Source of the DNA: Cyanophora paradoxa CCMP329
Lineage: Eukaryota > Plantae > Glaucophyta
Direction: 5' to 3'
Length of the DNA stretch: 38,940 nucleotides
Assembly: GCA_004431415.1 (NCBI GenBank)
Contig: QPMI01000394.1
Coordinates: 1-38,940, forward strand
Under the pieces are notes generated by a model, which did no database searches, had not been told where the DNA came from, and worked only from the letters and a program-made list of their open reading frames with translations. This document shows, in pieces, positions 1 through 12,761 of the stretch (position 1 is the stretch's first letter; every line of letters starts with the position of its first letter). A program made the translations under genes and the position numbers.

Positions 1-16
1 CTCCTCCCCGTTGCAG

Positions 17-2788
17 TCTGTGTGGCGTCCGCGCTCGCTTCCGTTCACGCCCGCGAGGTGCGCCTGCGTTCCTGGGGCGGCTGCCGGGCGCAACATCCCC
101 ACCTTCCCCCCCCCCCCCCCCCCCCCAGATTGTGCATAGGGACGTGACGTCAGGGTGAGCGTTCTCCCGCCCCGGTCCGACCCTGGCCCCAGCCTGACGC
201 CTCGCGCCAGGAACGTGCGTTGGGCGCCCAGCCCGTGCTCGCACATACTCTCCCGCCCCTCCCCGAACGCCGTACCCCCTCCAGGTTATCGTGAGCGCGT
301 CGGGGACGAGGTCAGGTTGGCGGATTTCGGCTCGCGGGATTCGTGCAGGTACCCTCGCCCCCTCCTTACCCCCCCCCTCACCCCCTCACCCTCCCCCGCC
401 GACCCGCCGATGAACCTCTTTCTCGAGTGGAAGCCGTCTGACTTGGAAGCGCGCTCAGGACACATACATTCAGGCCGAGATGGGTACCCTTCTGCCCTGC
501 TCCCCTTACGCCCGGACGACCTGTACCCGATCGTCGCAGAGGGCTCCTTGGCTTTATGGCTCCCGAGCAGGTGTGTACCCTCACGGCAGCGCTTGTACCC
601 TCTTGACGCCTCCCCACCCCTCAGACGAAGCGCGTCCACGGCATTGTGGACCACCGCTCGACCTTTACAGCTTCGGTATCCCTTCCTGTAGCTCTTTCCT
701 GTACCCCTCGCCGACGGTCGCGTGCAGGAGTCACACTGTACCACTGCCTGACGGGCCGCCTGCCGTTCACGTGCGCCGGCGCCGCCTCGCGGGCCCAGCC
801 CGACCGCCCTGCCGAGCGCGCCGGGCGGCAGGGGCGACGCATGTCCGTGATCCACGGGCACATCGCGCGGCCGCCCCGCCGCCGCCTCCCTCCGCGAGCC
901 GCCCCCCCCGACATCTCTCCTGCTTCCCCCTCACCTTTCCTCCCCGCGCAGGCCGGAGGCGCCGGAGGCCTCTGCCGCATCGTGGCGAAGGCGCGGTCGC
1001 CCCGCCCTCCCTCGGACCCGCCCTGCTCCTCTTCTGAGCCCGCCGCGGCGCGCAGCTCATGGAAAGGATCCGAGCAGCGCTACCAGAGCGCCCACGGTCC
1101 GCCCCGCTCCTCCGCCCGCCTCGGAAACAGGCGGCGCGGTGGAACTGAAAGCGCGCAGGGGTGCGGGAGGACCTGCGACGCTGCCTGGAGGTGCTGCGCG
1201 GGCCCGGGCCGGGCCGGGCCGGGGAGGCGCCCCCGCCGCCCGGCTTCGAGCTCGGCGGCACGACTTCTCCAGCGCCCTCCAGCTCCCCGACCGGTGCCCT
1301 CCTCGCTTGCTCCCTCTCTTTCCTCTGCTTTGCTTCGCCGTGTGCTTATTTTGGGCGGAGGCTTTTCGGGCGGGAGGAGCTGCTCCGGCGCCTCGCCGAC
1401 GCGCACACGGCGGCGGAGCGCGCCGGCGCGCCGCGCCTTCGTCGGGGGCCCAGCGGCGCGGGGAAGACGCGCCTCGTCGCGGGCTTCGTCGAGGAGCTCG
1501 CCGAGCGGGCGGCGGAGCGGGCGCCGGGGCTGCTGCGGGGCAAGTACGACGCGGGGCCTGCGCGCGGCCTACAGCGCCCTCGTCGTTGCCGTCGCCGGAC
1601 ACGTCCGCTCGGCGCGCCCGCCGGCCTCGGCCCGATCCGAGCCTCGCTCGCCTCTGACTGGCGCCCCTCTCAGCTGCTTGCCGACGGGGAGCGGCTGGCG
1701 GCGGCGCGGGCGCGCGCGGTGCGGCCCTCGGCGACAGCGCCCCGCCCTCGTCGACTTCATCCCGAGACCCGGTTCGAGCCCGCCGGCTCCTTTGCGGCCT
1801 GGACTCCAGGTTCGAGCTTCGCGCCCGCGCAGCATTTGTTCCCGGGCGCCGCTGGGCCGGCGGTGCCGCTGCCGCGGCGGAGGCGGCGCTGCGGCTCTCG
1901 ACGGCCTTCTGCGCCTGCTCGCCGCCTCCGGCCCTCGTCTCTTCCTCGAGTCCGCCCCGCCCGCCCCGCCCCGCCGGCGCCCGACCCTCCCGCCGCAGCG
2001 ACGTCCAGTGGGCGACCCCGCCTCCCTCAAGCTGGCGCGCCGCCCGCGCCCTTCTGCGCCGCCCTCGTCTCTGAGCCCGCCCGCCGCCGCAGATCGGGAC
2101 CTTCTGGCCTCCCGCCGTCGGCTGCCTCCTCGTCCTCGCCTTCCGCTCCAACGAGGTACCCCTCCTTGCCCGTCAGGCCCTGGCCAGTGCAGCCAGGCGG
2201 CGCGCGCGGATCGGGCAGAGTGGTGATGCGGGGCGGGGCGGGGCGGGGCAGGTGCGGCGGGGCACCCGTGGCGCACGCGATGCGCGAGATCCGCGAGAGC
2301 GGCGTCCACGTCGAGGTCGGGCCCGGCCCGCCGCCAGCCACTCTTCAGTTTCGAGCTGGCGGCAGGAGCTGGAGGTGGCCGCTGGGCGAGGGCGACGCGA
2401 ACGCGCTGCTGGCGAGCGCGCTGCGGTGCCCGCCGGAGGCGGCGGCGCCCCTCGCCCGCCTCGTGCACGCCAAGACGGGGGGAACCCCTGTGCGCCCCGC
2501 CCGCCCCGCCCGCCCCTCGAACCCGCCTCCCCCGAGCCGGCGCCCGCGCGCAGTCTTCATCCGCTCGTTCCTCGCCACACTCCACTCGGAGCGCAAGGTC
2601 CGCTTTCGTTGTGTCGGGTCCTTCGGGCGGGGCCGGCGGCGGCCCACGCGGGGCCGGATTAGATCCGGGCGGACGTGGAGGCGGGGGCGTGGCGCTGGGA
2701 CGTCGCCGAGATCGAGCGCGAGGCTACACCGACAACGTGCCGCCCCGCCCCGCCGCCCCGCCCGCGCGCGGGCCCGAGCGCCGCCGCG

Positions 2789-2819
<31 letters not shown>

Positions 2820-5800
2820 CCTCAGGTGGTGGACATGCTCGTGGCTTCATCGGGCACCTCGACCCGGGCACCCAGCGCGCCCTCAAGGCCCGCGCCCGTC
2901 CCCTCGTCCGAGTCCTCCGCCCCGGCCCTAGACCCGACGCCCCGGGCCTTGTGCAGGTGGCGGCCCTCCTGGGCAACACCTTCGGGCGCGGCTGCTGGCG
3001 GCGGCGGCCGGCCTGCCGATGACGGCCGTCCGCGCCGCGCTCGCCGCCGCCCGCCGCTCCCGCCTTGTCGACGCCGCCTCGCCCTCGGGCGGCGTGCACC
3101 GCTTCGTCCACGACCGCGTCCAGCAGGCCTGCTCCTGTGCGCCCCGTACCCCCCGGCACCCTCGGCTTCGCTTCGTTCTCACCCTCTCAGGCCTCGTACC
3201 CCCGAGGAGCTGCCGGCGCTGCACCTGCAGATCGGGCGGCGGCTCCTCGCGGCCCGCGGGGCGGCGGCGAGGGCGAGGCGCGGCCCTCGCCGCCGCCGGC
3301 GTCCCCGGCCCGAGGGCGCGGACTGGGCGCCCGACCCCGACGCCGAGCCGACTCCGAGCCCGGGCCCGCCGACGTCGACGTCCAGGTCCTCTCCCCCCGC
3401 TCTTCCTCCCCTCTTCTAAGCTTTGCCGGGCAGGAGCTGGCGGCGCACTACAACCGGGCGAGCGGCTCGTGTCGGACCCGGCCGAGCGGCGGCGCCTGGC
3501 GGAGCTCAACGCCCGCGCGGGGCCACCGCCGCCGACTCCACCGCCTACGAGGCCCGCCTTTTATTTGATTTACGTCCCAGGGAAAGGAGCCCGGCTGAGG
3601 CTGCGGCGGGGCGGGGCGCGCGCAGGCGGCGCGGGCGTTCTTCGCGGCCGGCGTGCGGGCGCTGCGGGCCCGCGTCCGGGAGCTAAGCCCGAGCCCGAGG
3701 ATGGTGACCCGCTGCCGGAGGCGGCGTGCCTGGACGACGCTCTGGGAGACCCCGCTCCCGGCCCTCGCCCTCTCCCTGCTCCTGCGGTCCGAGCGGGCGG
3801 GAACGCTAATCCCATTGGAAAGACCTGACCGGCCGGGGCCGGCAGGCTGGTGGAGGCGGAGTACCAGTGCGGGGACGTCCCCGCCGCCCTCCGCCACCTG
3901 GCCGCCGCCGAGGCGCGCCCCGCCCTCGCCCCTCCTCCTCCTCCCCGCCCCTCCTCTGAAGCTGAAGCGTGCAGACGCGCGCCGGGACGCGGCGGGAGCG
4001 GCTCGACGCGGCGCGGCTCCGCCTCAACATCCTCTCCGCCTCCAACCAGCGCGCCTTCCCCTCTCCCTCAATATTTGATGACCGCCCTCTGACGGCCTCC
4101 TTCTCAGGTTCGAGGCCTCCATGCGCTGCGGGCTCCAGGTGCCGCGGGCGACACCGCGCAGCTTCGGTCCCTTCTCCCCTCTTACGCCCCTCCAGATGCT
4201 GGGGAGTACGGCGTGTACCTGAGCGCGGAGGGGCACCCGACCCCCGACGAGATCGCCGCGGTGCGGCACCGGGCGCCTCCACATCGCGGGCCCGCCTCTC
4301 TCACTCACGGCTCGCCGCAGGCGCACGAGGGGGTGCGGGGGGCGCTGCGGGCGCGGGGCCTCGCCGTGCCCGACCTTGCCGGCCTGCCCCTCGTCCGCCC
4401 CGCCCCTTCCGTCCTCCCCTGCCGCCGCCGACTTAAGCTCGCGTGCGCGCCTGCAGGGGGCCGCCGAAGTGGACGGGGACCTGCACCGCCTCCTCACGAA
4501 CGCCGTCGAGGTCGTCCCCGTCCTCTACCTCCTCGCCAGGCCCGCCTCCGGCCCCCTTTCTCCGCCCTTCCGCGCTTCAGCATTCTCAATCTGCTCTAAT
4601 TTCCTCAGGTTCGAGCTCTACCAGGTGCTGGTGGCGGCCGTGGCGCGGCTGTGCGTGGAGAGCGGGCGGGGCGGGGACGCCGCCGCCCCTGGCTCGCCAT
4701 CCACGGCTTCTCCCTCTCCGTGCGCCCCCTTGGAAGATAGAGGGAGCCCATACCGCGGCCTGTTTCGCACAATCGCGCTCGAGGATAGGAATGCACACAG
4801 CAAGCTCCCCGCTGTTCCCTCTTGTTTAGCGCGCTCGCCGCTGCCTGCACGGGGCCCGCGCGCGATCATCTCCGCGACCCCGCGGCCGCAGGGCTTCCAG
4901 TACCTGTACGAGGAGGGCGAGTCCTTCGTGCGGGCCGCCGCGGCCCTCTCCGCCCGCGACGGCGTCTCCGACTTCTGCAGGCGCCCGCCTCCACCTCCTT
5001 CCCCCTGTGGCCCCCGCGTCTTAGCGCCTAAGCGTGCGCAGGGCCGCACCGCCGTCTTCCTCTTCGCCCCCTTCCCCATGGGCGAGACCTGGCGCGCTCG
5101 CGCCCGGCCCCCGGCGCACCGAGCGCCGGGCGAGGTCTGACGCGGGCGCAGGTGCGAGAAGCTGCCGGCGCTGGCGACGGGGTTCACGGCATCGGCGGCC
5201 GTCGGCGACTTCAACAACGCCCTCTACGTCCTCAACCAGGTGCCCCGGGCCCCGATCCCGTCCCGCCCCCCGCGCCTCGCCGAGGGCCCGCCGGGGCCGC
5301 AGTACCACTGGGTCTCCTTCTTCCACGGGAAGCCCCTCGCCGAGAACGCGGCCTTCGGTGCGCGATCCCCCGGCTCCCAGCGCGCCCCTTCCGGCCCGAC
5401 CCCCGGGGCCCCCGCAGCGGCCCGCCACGAGGCCTTCGTGCGCAAGTGCGTCAACCACGAGCTCGAGCAGGTCCCGCCCCGTACCCCCTTCCCCGCCTCC
5501 CCCTCCCGCCCTCGGGCGACGACCCGCCCCGCAGTCGGTGGTCGCCGCCTCGCGCCACTACAGCGTGCTCCTGGTACACGCGCGCCCCTCCTAGTCTCCC
5601 CGGGTCCCCGGGCTTCGCGCCCTTGACCCTCTCCCCGCGCAGGGCGGGGAGGGCCCGGGGAGGACGCGGAGGCGCTGCTGGCGGCGGCCGACATGGGACC
5701 TGAGGCGGCCCAGCGCGGCTACTACATGCGGGCCCGCCCTCCGCCCGCCTCTGGCCCCTCCTCCGGCTGACCGCGGCGGCAGGCGACGTACTTCTCGTTC

Positions 5801-8800
5801 CGCTTCGTGACGCTGCTGGCCCTCGGCCGCTTCCGCGAGGCCGCCGCCGCCTTCCCCGCCTTCGCCGCCGTCGTCCCCTACAACGCCGTTCGCCCTCCCG
5901 CCAAACTCTGCGATTTCCTTCTTCCCTCTCACCGCGCCGGGGCGGGCAGGGATGATCTTCGGGATCGAGTTCGCGTGGTTCGAGGGCCTCTACGAGCTCA
6001 CCGCCCGCCTCGGCTTCTGGCGTCCGCCCCGCCCCCCACCCCCTCCACCTCCTCTTTTTTAAGCTGGCGCAGCGGGGACGCCGGGGACGGGGGCGGGGAG
6101 GGGGGAGGCGCCGCCCTCACGGAGGAGGAGCGCGCCGCCGCCGCCGCCATCGGGCGCGCCTCCGTCGACCACCTCCGCGTCCGCGCCCCTCCCCGAGGCG
6201 CTCCCCGTACCCCCGCGAGCCCCGGGCAGGTCCTGGCCAGCCACAACCGCATCTACACCTGCCGCTCGCTCTTCCTCGAGGTCCGTCCTGTACCCCCGCT
6301 CCCCGTGTCCCGCGCCGAGGGCCCCGGCGCCCCGCAGGCCGAGCTGGGCCGGCTGCTGGCGCCCACGCCGGCGGCCGCCCTCGCCTCGCTGCCCCTCTAC
6401 GAGGCTGCCGGCGCCGCCGCGCGCGAGGCCCGCCCAGCCCCGCCCAGCGGCTACCCCGCCCCGCTTCCTCTCAGGGCTCGGGGCAGGTCTCCGCGCCGAA
6501 TGTTGCGGGACTGGCGCACGAGGCGGCGGCGGCCCTCTGCGAGCGCGCCGGCGCCGCCGCCGCCTCGCGGGCCTACCTCCGCGAGGCCCTCGCCGACTAC
6601 GCCGCCTGGGGCGCCCGCACCAAGGCCCGCGCCCAAAGAAGAATGGAGAAAGAAACAGGAAGCTGACGAGCCCGCCAGGTCGCGCTCATGCTCCAGCGGC
6701 ACGCATGCTTGCGCGGCGCCGCGCCGGCCGCTCCCCCGCGGGCCACCGCGGCGGCCGCCGCCGCCTCGTCCGCCTCCGGCTCGGGCTCCGCCTCCTCCGA
6801 GGCCAGCGAGCGGCCTGCCTCCTTCTTTGGTGACCGCTCCCCCCCGCGCCTCCCGCCTCGTTCGAGCCCGCCGCTGATGCGCATGCCCCGTCCCTCGAGC
6901 AGCGCTGCCGGTGGCGCCGGCGCGGCCGGGCGGGGGCCGAGGCAGCGGGAGCAGCGGCAAGTCGCCCATCTCCCCGCTGCCCGTCGCCGGGTCCTTCTCC
7001 CTCTTCCCCCCCGCGGGAGCCCCCGCGCTCCCTCATCCCTGCAGCAGCGCGGCCGGGGCGGCGTCTGCGTCTGCCTCGGGGCTCGCTGTGACGCGGGGCG
7101 GCGGGGGCGGCGGGGCGCTGTCGGTGGACCTGCTCACCGTCGTGCGGACGGCGCTGGCGCTGGCGGCCGAGGAGGACCTCGAGGCGCTCCTCTCCCGCCT
7201 CCTCCTCCTCGCCATCGAGAACGGCGCGCCCCGCCCCGCCCCCCCGTTCGGCGCGGTCCGAGCTTCCATCGCGCGCGCCGCAGCCGGGGCGACGACGGCG
7301 GCGCTGGTGCTGCGGAGCAACAAGCGGTGCCGGCACGGGCCGGGGGACCCCGGGCGGCTCCCCCCCGACTCGCCGGCCGTCCGCTACTGCGTCCGCGTCG
7401 AGGGCGAGGCGCGGCCGCCCCGCCCCCCTCTCCGCCTTCGTCCCCTGATCGGGCCCCGTGGAGGCAGGTGGAGGAGGAGGGCGGGCCGCCGCCGCCCTCG
7501 CCGCCCTCGCCCTCGCCCTCACCGTCGCCGCCGCCGTCGGAGGGCGCCTCGGCGCGCGTCCGCTGCATCCACGTACCCCTCGAGGAGGCCCGCCCCGCTC
7601 CGTCTCGCTTGGAGCACGCCTCGTGATTCCGGGCCGGGGCGCAGTACGCGGGGGCCTCCCCCGCGGTCCTGGACTACGTCCTCCGCGCCGGCGAGCGCGT
7701 CTGCCTCCCGAACGCCGCCGCCGCCGTCCGCGCCGCCCGCCCCGCCCGCCCCGCCTCCTTTCCCCTCGCCTTATTTACCGAGCCCCGCAGGGGGACTTCG
7801 TGAGCTGCCGGCACGTGCGGCAGGCCGGCGTAAAGTCCGTCCTCGCCCTCCCCGTTGTCTACCAGGCCCGCACCCTGCCACCGCCCCGCCCCGCCCCAGG
7901 CCTTGGTCGTGTCGCTTTTAGATACGCCGCCGCGCCCACGCCTTTCGCTTTTTCTGAGAGTTTTGATGATGGCGCGCCGCAGATGGAGATGATGGGGGTG
8001 CTGTACCTGGAGAACCGGCGCGCGGCGGGGGTGTTCACCGCCGACCGCGTCGACCTCCTCCAGCTCCTCGCCCTCCAGGCGCGCCAGATCTGGAGGAAGC
8101 AAAGCGAGGCAAAGGAAAGCAGAGCTCTCTGACGGGGCGGGGCGGGGCCGGGCCGGGCGCAGCTCGCCGTGGCACTGCTGAACGGGACGCTGCGGGAGGA
8201 GCTCACCGCCAACAACCGCGAGCTCGAGGCCCAGAACCGCCAGCTCGCCATGCTCGGTCCGCCCCTTTGATTCTTCGGTCTCCCGGCGTCTGGAGCTCTG
8301 ATTCGAGCGGCGGGGCGGCACGGCAGACGCGGCGAAGGACGCGCTGCTGGCGAACACGAGCCACGAGCTGCGCACACCCTGCGGCGCCATCATCGGTGCG
8401 GCCGACGCCCGCGGCGCGGCGCCTGCCGCTCCTGCGCTGCTTACCGTCGGACCGCCGCCGCCGCCGACGCCGCCGCGGCAGGGATGACGGAGCTGCTGAT
8501 GGACTCGGGCCCGCTGACGGAGCAGCAGGCGGAGGCGGCGCGGACGGTCCACCAGTCGGCGGAGCACCTGCTGCGCATCATCAACAATTTCCTGGACCTC
8601 TCCGTGCTCGAGTCCGGGGCCGTCAGGCTCGAGGCGGCCGAGCTCGACCTCGAGGCCCTCGTCGACGCCTGCGTCGCCGCCGCCTCCGCCCAGGCGCGCG
8701 CTCACCTGATCCGATCCGATTTGATCTGGTCCGATCCGATCCGCCCGCCCTGTAAACGCAGGCGCACCGGGCGGGGCTGGAGGTGGGCGCCGCCGTGGAC

Positions 8801-10799
8801 CCCCGCTGCCCGCGGCGCCTCGTGGGGACCCACCCGCCTCACCCAGGTCCTCTCCAACGTGCGCGTACCCCCCGGGCTCCCGCCCCCTGCCCCCCGCCCC
8901 CTGACAACGCTGTACCCCCAGCTGCTCTCGAACGCGGTCAAGTTCAGCTCGGGCTGCGCCGGCGGGGAGGGGGATCCCCCCGGCATCCTCGTCACGGTCA
9001 CCTTCGTCGCCCGCGTCGGGTGCGCGCCGTCCGCCCCGCTCCGCTCTGGCCGGGCGGCGCGGGCGGGCGACGGCAGCCGCAGGGCGGAGTGCGTGGTGCG
9101 GGTGGAGGTGGAGGACTCCGGGTGGGGATCAAGCAGGAGGACCTCCCCAAGCTCTTCCAGCGCTTCTCCCAGGCCCGCTGGCGCCGGCGCCCCGCTGGCG
9201 CCAACTGTAGGAGTCGAGCGCCCTCTGACGCGGGGCGGCTGGGGCGGGCAGGTGGACAGCTCGTTCTCGCGCCGCTGGGAGGGCTCCGGCCTGGGGGCGC
9301 GCCCTCTTCTCTTCTTCTTCGTGCGCCTCGGGCCTTAGCGTGTCTAAGCTTCGCGCCCGCAGCTGGCGATCTCGAAGACGATTGTGGAGCGCTGCGCGGG
9401 GCGGGAGCCGGCGAGCAGCGCCGAGCACGGCGCCGGCACCATCTCCGTCCGCTCCCAGGTGCCGGATGATGTTCTTACTATCGATTCGAATACATATAGC
9501 GCGATTCAATGCATATGTTTGTCGCAGTTCGGCAAGGGCTCCGTCTTCTCGTTCACCGTGGCGCTGGAGTACCCCCCGGGGGCCTCCCCGGGCTCCGAGG
9601 CGGGGGTGCCCCCGGCGCCGCCTGAACCGGACCCGCCGGAGCACACCGCCGGCCCGGTCGCCGTGCCGCTCCTCGCCCGCCCCTTTCTCCGCTCGCTCCT
9701 GGAGCGGTTCCTGGAGGGTGCGGGGGCGCGCGCCGCGCCCTGCGGGGCCGCCGGCGAGCTGGCGCCGCTCGCCGCGCGCCTCGCGGGGAGGGCGCCCGCG
9801 TCCCCTGCGCCCTCCTCGACCTCGCCTGCCGGGGCGCCCCCGCCGCCCTCGCCGCCTGGGTGCGTGCGCTTGATCTCGGGTGCAGAGAAGTGAGGGTGAC
9901 GCGGGGCGCAGGAGGCGGCGGGCCCCCGCTGGTCGCCATCCTCCCGGGCGACGGGCGCGCCCCGCCGGCCGGCCCGGGCCCGGACCCCGCCGCGTGCCTC
10001 CGGCGGCCCGTCTCCCGCGCCGCCGTCGCCGCGGAGCTCGCCCGCCGCCTCCAGACGCCGGGCCCCGGTCCCGGACCCGGCCAAAGGCCCGCCGAGCCCG
10101 CCCCAGCACAGCCGGCGGCCGCGTCCCCGCCCCGCGCGCGGGCGCCGCACCGCCCCCTCCGGTTCCTCGTCGTGGAGGACAACCCGGGTGCTTATGCGCC
10201 CTCTTGCTCATACCCCCCAGCGCTCCGCTCAGCGCCGCCCTGCAGTGAACCAGGCGGTGGCGCGGCGGCTGCTGGAGCGGGCGGGGCACGCGGTGGACGT
10301 GGCGGGGGACGGCCTCGAGGCCCTCGCCCGCCTCGCCGCCGCCCCGCGCCCCTACCACCTCCTCTGGATGGGCCCGCCCCCTGCCCTCCGCCCCCGCCGC
10401 CCCCGCTGCTTCTTCTCTTCTGAGCGGCCGGCGCGCAGACTGCAGCATGCCGCGGTGCGACGGGTACGAGGCGACGCGCCGCATCCGGGCGATGGACGCC
10501 GAGCGGGGCACGCACACCGTCATCGTCGGCCTCACCGCCCACGGTGCCCGCCCCTCCGCCCGGCCGCGGCGGTCTCTCGTTCCTGATCCGCAGCGGGCAG
10601 CGCTGCCGGGGGAGCGGGAGAAGTGCCTCGCGGCGGGCATGGGCGCGCCCCCTCGCCCGCCCGCCCTCCCGCCACGGCTCGCCTCCTCTCACGTGCCGTC
10701 GACGCCCCCCCCGCAGACGACTACCTTTCGAAGCCGGCGAAGCGCGAGGAGCTCCTCCGCATGATCGCCAAGCACGTCCCCGGCGCCATGCATGCGTAG
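17..10799 (+). CDS. Hybrid Ser/Thr kinase - AAA ATPase - GAF - histidine kinase - receiver protein (5'-partial, dozens of short introns, several 1-nt indels)
   Basis: Spliced motifs appear in order. Kinase: [11 protein letters not shown] (~129-220), VRLADFG (~311-331), GSLAFMAPEQ (~542-571, needs a 1-nt fix), [31 protein letters not shown]: LFGREEEL, Walker A GPSGAGKT (~1445-1469), [16 protein letters not shown]: [17 protein letters not shown]...FTADRVDLL. HisKA: [11 protein letters not shown] (~8347-8380). HATPase: N box [22 protein letters not shown]2 GSGLGLAISK. REC: [32 protein letters not shown]. Stop TAG at 10797-10799. Confidence 0.93.
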
Positions 10800-11159
10800 T
10801 CCCCTGAGAATATGTAGTTGCCTTCATGTAAGAGCAAGAAATCAAAGAGCCGCGAGCCTAGGCCTCTGGAAACGCAGAAGCGCTGCGAGCTTCCTCCAGC
10901 TTCGACGAAGACTCGTCGTCTTCGAATACTTTGACGATTGAGCTTCAATGAGAAGTTGCGTATGCATGCGCTGCCAACTGCAGGCTAGCGCTGCCTTATT
11001 GATCAATGTTAACTTAGCCAAGTTAGTAATTAGCTGACAAACATATGCATTGAGAACCTGAGCAGACGTATTTAACGCAATAATCACTTATATCGATCAT
11101 GATCATCATCCGTCCTAAAGCTCGCTACATATATACATGTACTACGATACGTCTTTCTC

Positions 11160-11392
11160 TACGAAAATCAATTCTAATAATGCGCCCCCAAATTAATGCG
11201 TTCTTACGCTTCGTCGCCTGCATTAGAGGGGTACTGAGGTCTACTGACAGCAGTTTCTTAGGCTAATTGAATCTTAGCAATCTGGTATTAATGCGCCCCC
11301 AAATTAATGCGTTTCCACGGCAAACAAAACGCATTAAATTGGGGACGTCGAGGCCTTAATATTATGCGCGCATTAATATTCTGCTTTCGGTA
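11160..11392. mobile_element. MITE-like element with imperfect terminal inverted repeats and internal repeats
   Basis: aatgcgcccccaaattaatgcgtt occurs twice directly (~11179, ~11290) and once inverted (aaacgcattaaattgggg, ~11327). The ends tacgaaaatcaattctaataatgcgc and gcgcattaatattctgctttcggta are imperfect inverted repeats bounded by TA. Confidence 0.45.
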
Positions 11393-11792
11393 CTTCGAAT
11401 TCGGCAACCGTTGAACTGGCCCATGGCCCAGTGGGAGTCTCCCCCGAAGCGGCGAGGGCCGAGTACCTACTACCTAGGGGCCCCGGCCCCCGGGCCGGGC
11501 CGGGTCCGAAGTTCCTCCGGATCCGATCGAATTAATATTTGATTCCGAAGTTCGAACGTTTAACGAATTCGAACGAACAGCCGCGCTGAGCTCGAGCCTT
11601 TTTAATTTGCTGAGTCAGTGATATATCGTGCCACGATTCGTGCGCATGTGTGCGGGGGCCCCGGGCCATCGGGGCCCAATCGATTGGCCGTATTATAGTA
11701 CCGAGTACCGGGGCACAATCGATTTATATGCATGCTTATAAATAATTATCATGCCATGATCATCATGATTCATGATGATCTGATCATGCCAG

Positions 11793-11901
11793 TACCGTAT
11801 AACACAATATTAAGGTCTGCACTAGCTTTATTATGTCGTCCCCAGATTATAATTATGTCGCCGAAAACTTGACATGCCGACATAATTCGGGGACGACATA
11901 A
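11793..11901. repeat. Inverted-repeat element (possible second MITE remnant)
   Basis: ttatgtcgtcccc (11831) ... ggggacgacataa (~11889-11901) is a perfect inverted repeat with internal aattatgtcg/cgacataatt; the element begins with taccgta. Confidence 0.45.
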
Positions 11902-12418
11902 CACTGGGAGCCAGGAATTAAGTTTACCACATGGTAAACTTGCAACTTCACTCACTTAGGGCTGACTTTACCACACCTGTCTTTACCCCACCTAGGAAAG
12001 CCGCGCGGGGGAGCACTGCTGCCGTGCTAAATGTGCTTAGCTAGGCATAAGTGCATGGGATCCATTGAGCGCCGATGGCCCGGTAGCTTCTGTGGTCCGT
12101 CGTGGATGCGAGCACAACTCGTCAAGAGAGCGACGCATGCGGGCTGCCTTGACTGGTTCAAGTGTTCTAAAAGGTCGTTTAGAGACGATTTGCAGCTTTT
12201 AAGGGGAGGTTGTTGGGCGGCCCGACCTCGGCCAACTTCACCCAGGCCCGACCATTATGAGCTGGGGCGCAGCGCACAGCGCTTTGAATGCGGTAAGCAT
12301 TGATTTCAGCTACGTTACAACCGAAGTACGGCTGCCACATCGGTGCTCTTGAGACCGATGGCTGCCAATGGTTGCGTACCGAACGCTCAGACCGAGCGCC
12401 GCCGAGGTAGCCGGCGGT

Positions 12419-12712
12419 GCTAACGCCTCTAGCTAGCTAGATCGCGTGCTCTAGCTAGTTCTCCGACCGCCGGGTGCCGCCGTTGGAGCCTTGCTGGTGC
12501 GGTGGTCGGACGGGTACCCCCCTGCGAGTAGTTCCCCCCGGGCAAAGTCGCCGGGGCAAAGTCGCCGGGGCAAACTTGCCGGGGCGAAGTCGCGGTTTCC
12601 GGAGCGCAGGATCTGGAGCTGTGTTCTGCTAGCGTCCAAGTGCTGTCGGCGTGGCAAGCGGTCAAAGTGCTGTCGGCGTGGAAGCGTGGCACGTGGCGCT
12701 CGAGAAACGCCA
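12419..12712. promoter_or_regulatory. Dispersed intergenic cassette copy 1 (14-bp gggcaaagtcgccg array, aagtgctgtcggcg x2, CACGTG)
   Basis: Near-identical to 15817-16034, to 19116-19204 (truncated) and partly to 23951-24060. It lies just upstream of a putative gene start. The regulatory role is inferred. Confidence 0.55.
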
Positions 12713-12761
12713 GCTGGAGACTTTCCAAGACGCCGGGGCGAACTTTCCGGAGCGAAGTCGC

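Noticed and set aside
540-9130. Frameshifts suggesting the hybrid kinase is a pseudogene
   Set aside because: The indels are single bases, mostly in homopolymer runs, while all catalytic motifs are preserved. Long-read error is more likely, though this is not provable here.
155-10845. Numerous long Pro/Arg/Ala-rich six-frame ORFs on both strands
   Set aside because: Artefacts of extreme GC content and stop-poor introns; the real coding signal hops between frames as exons of one kinase gene.
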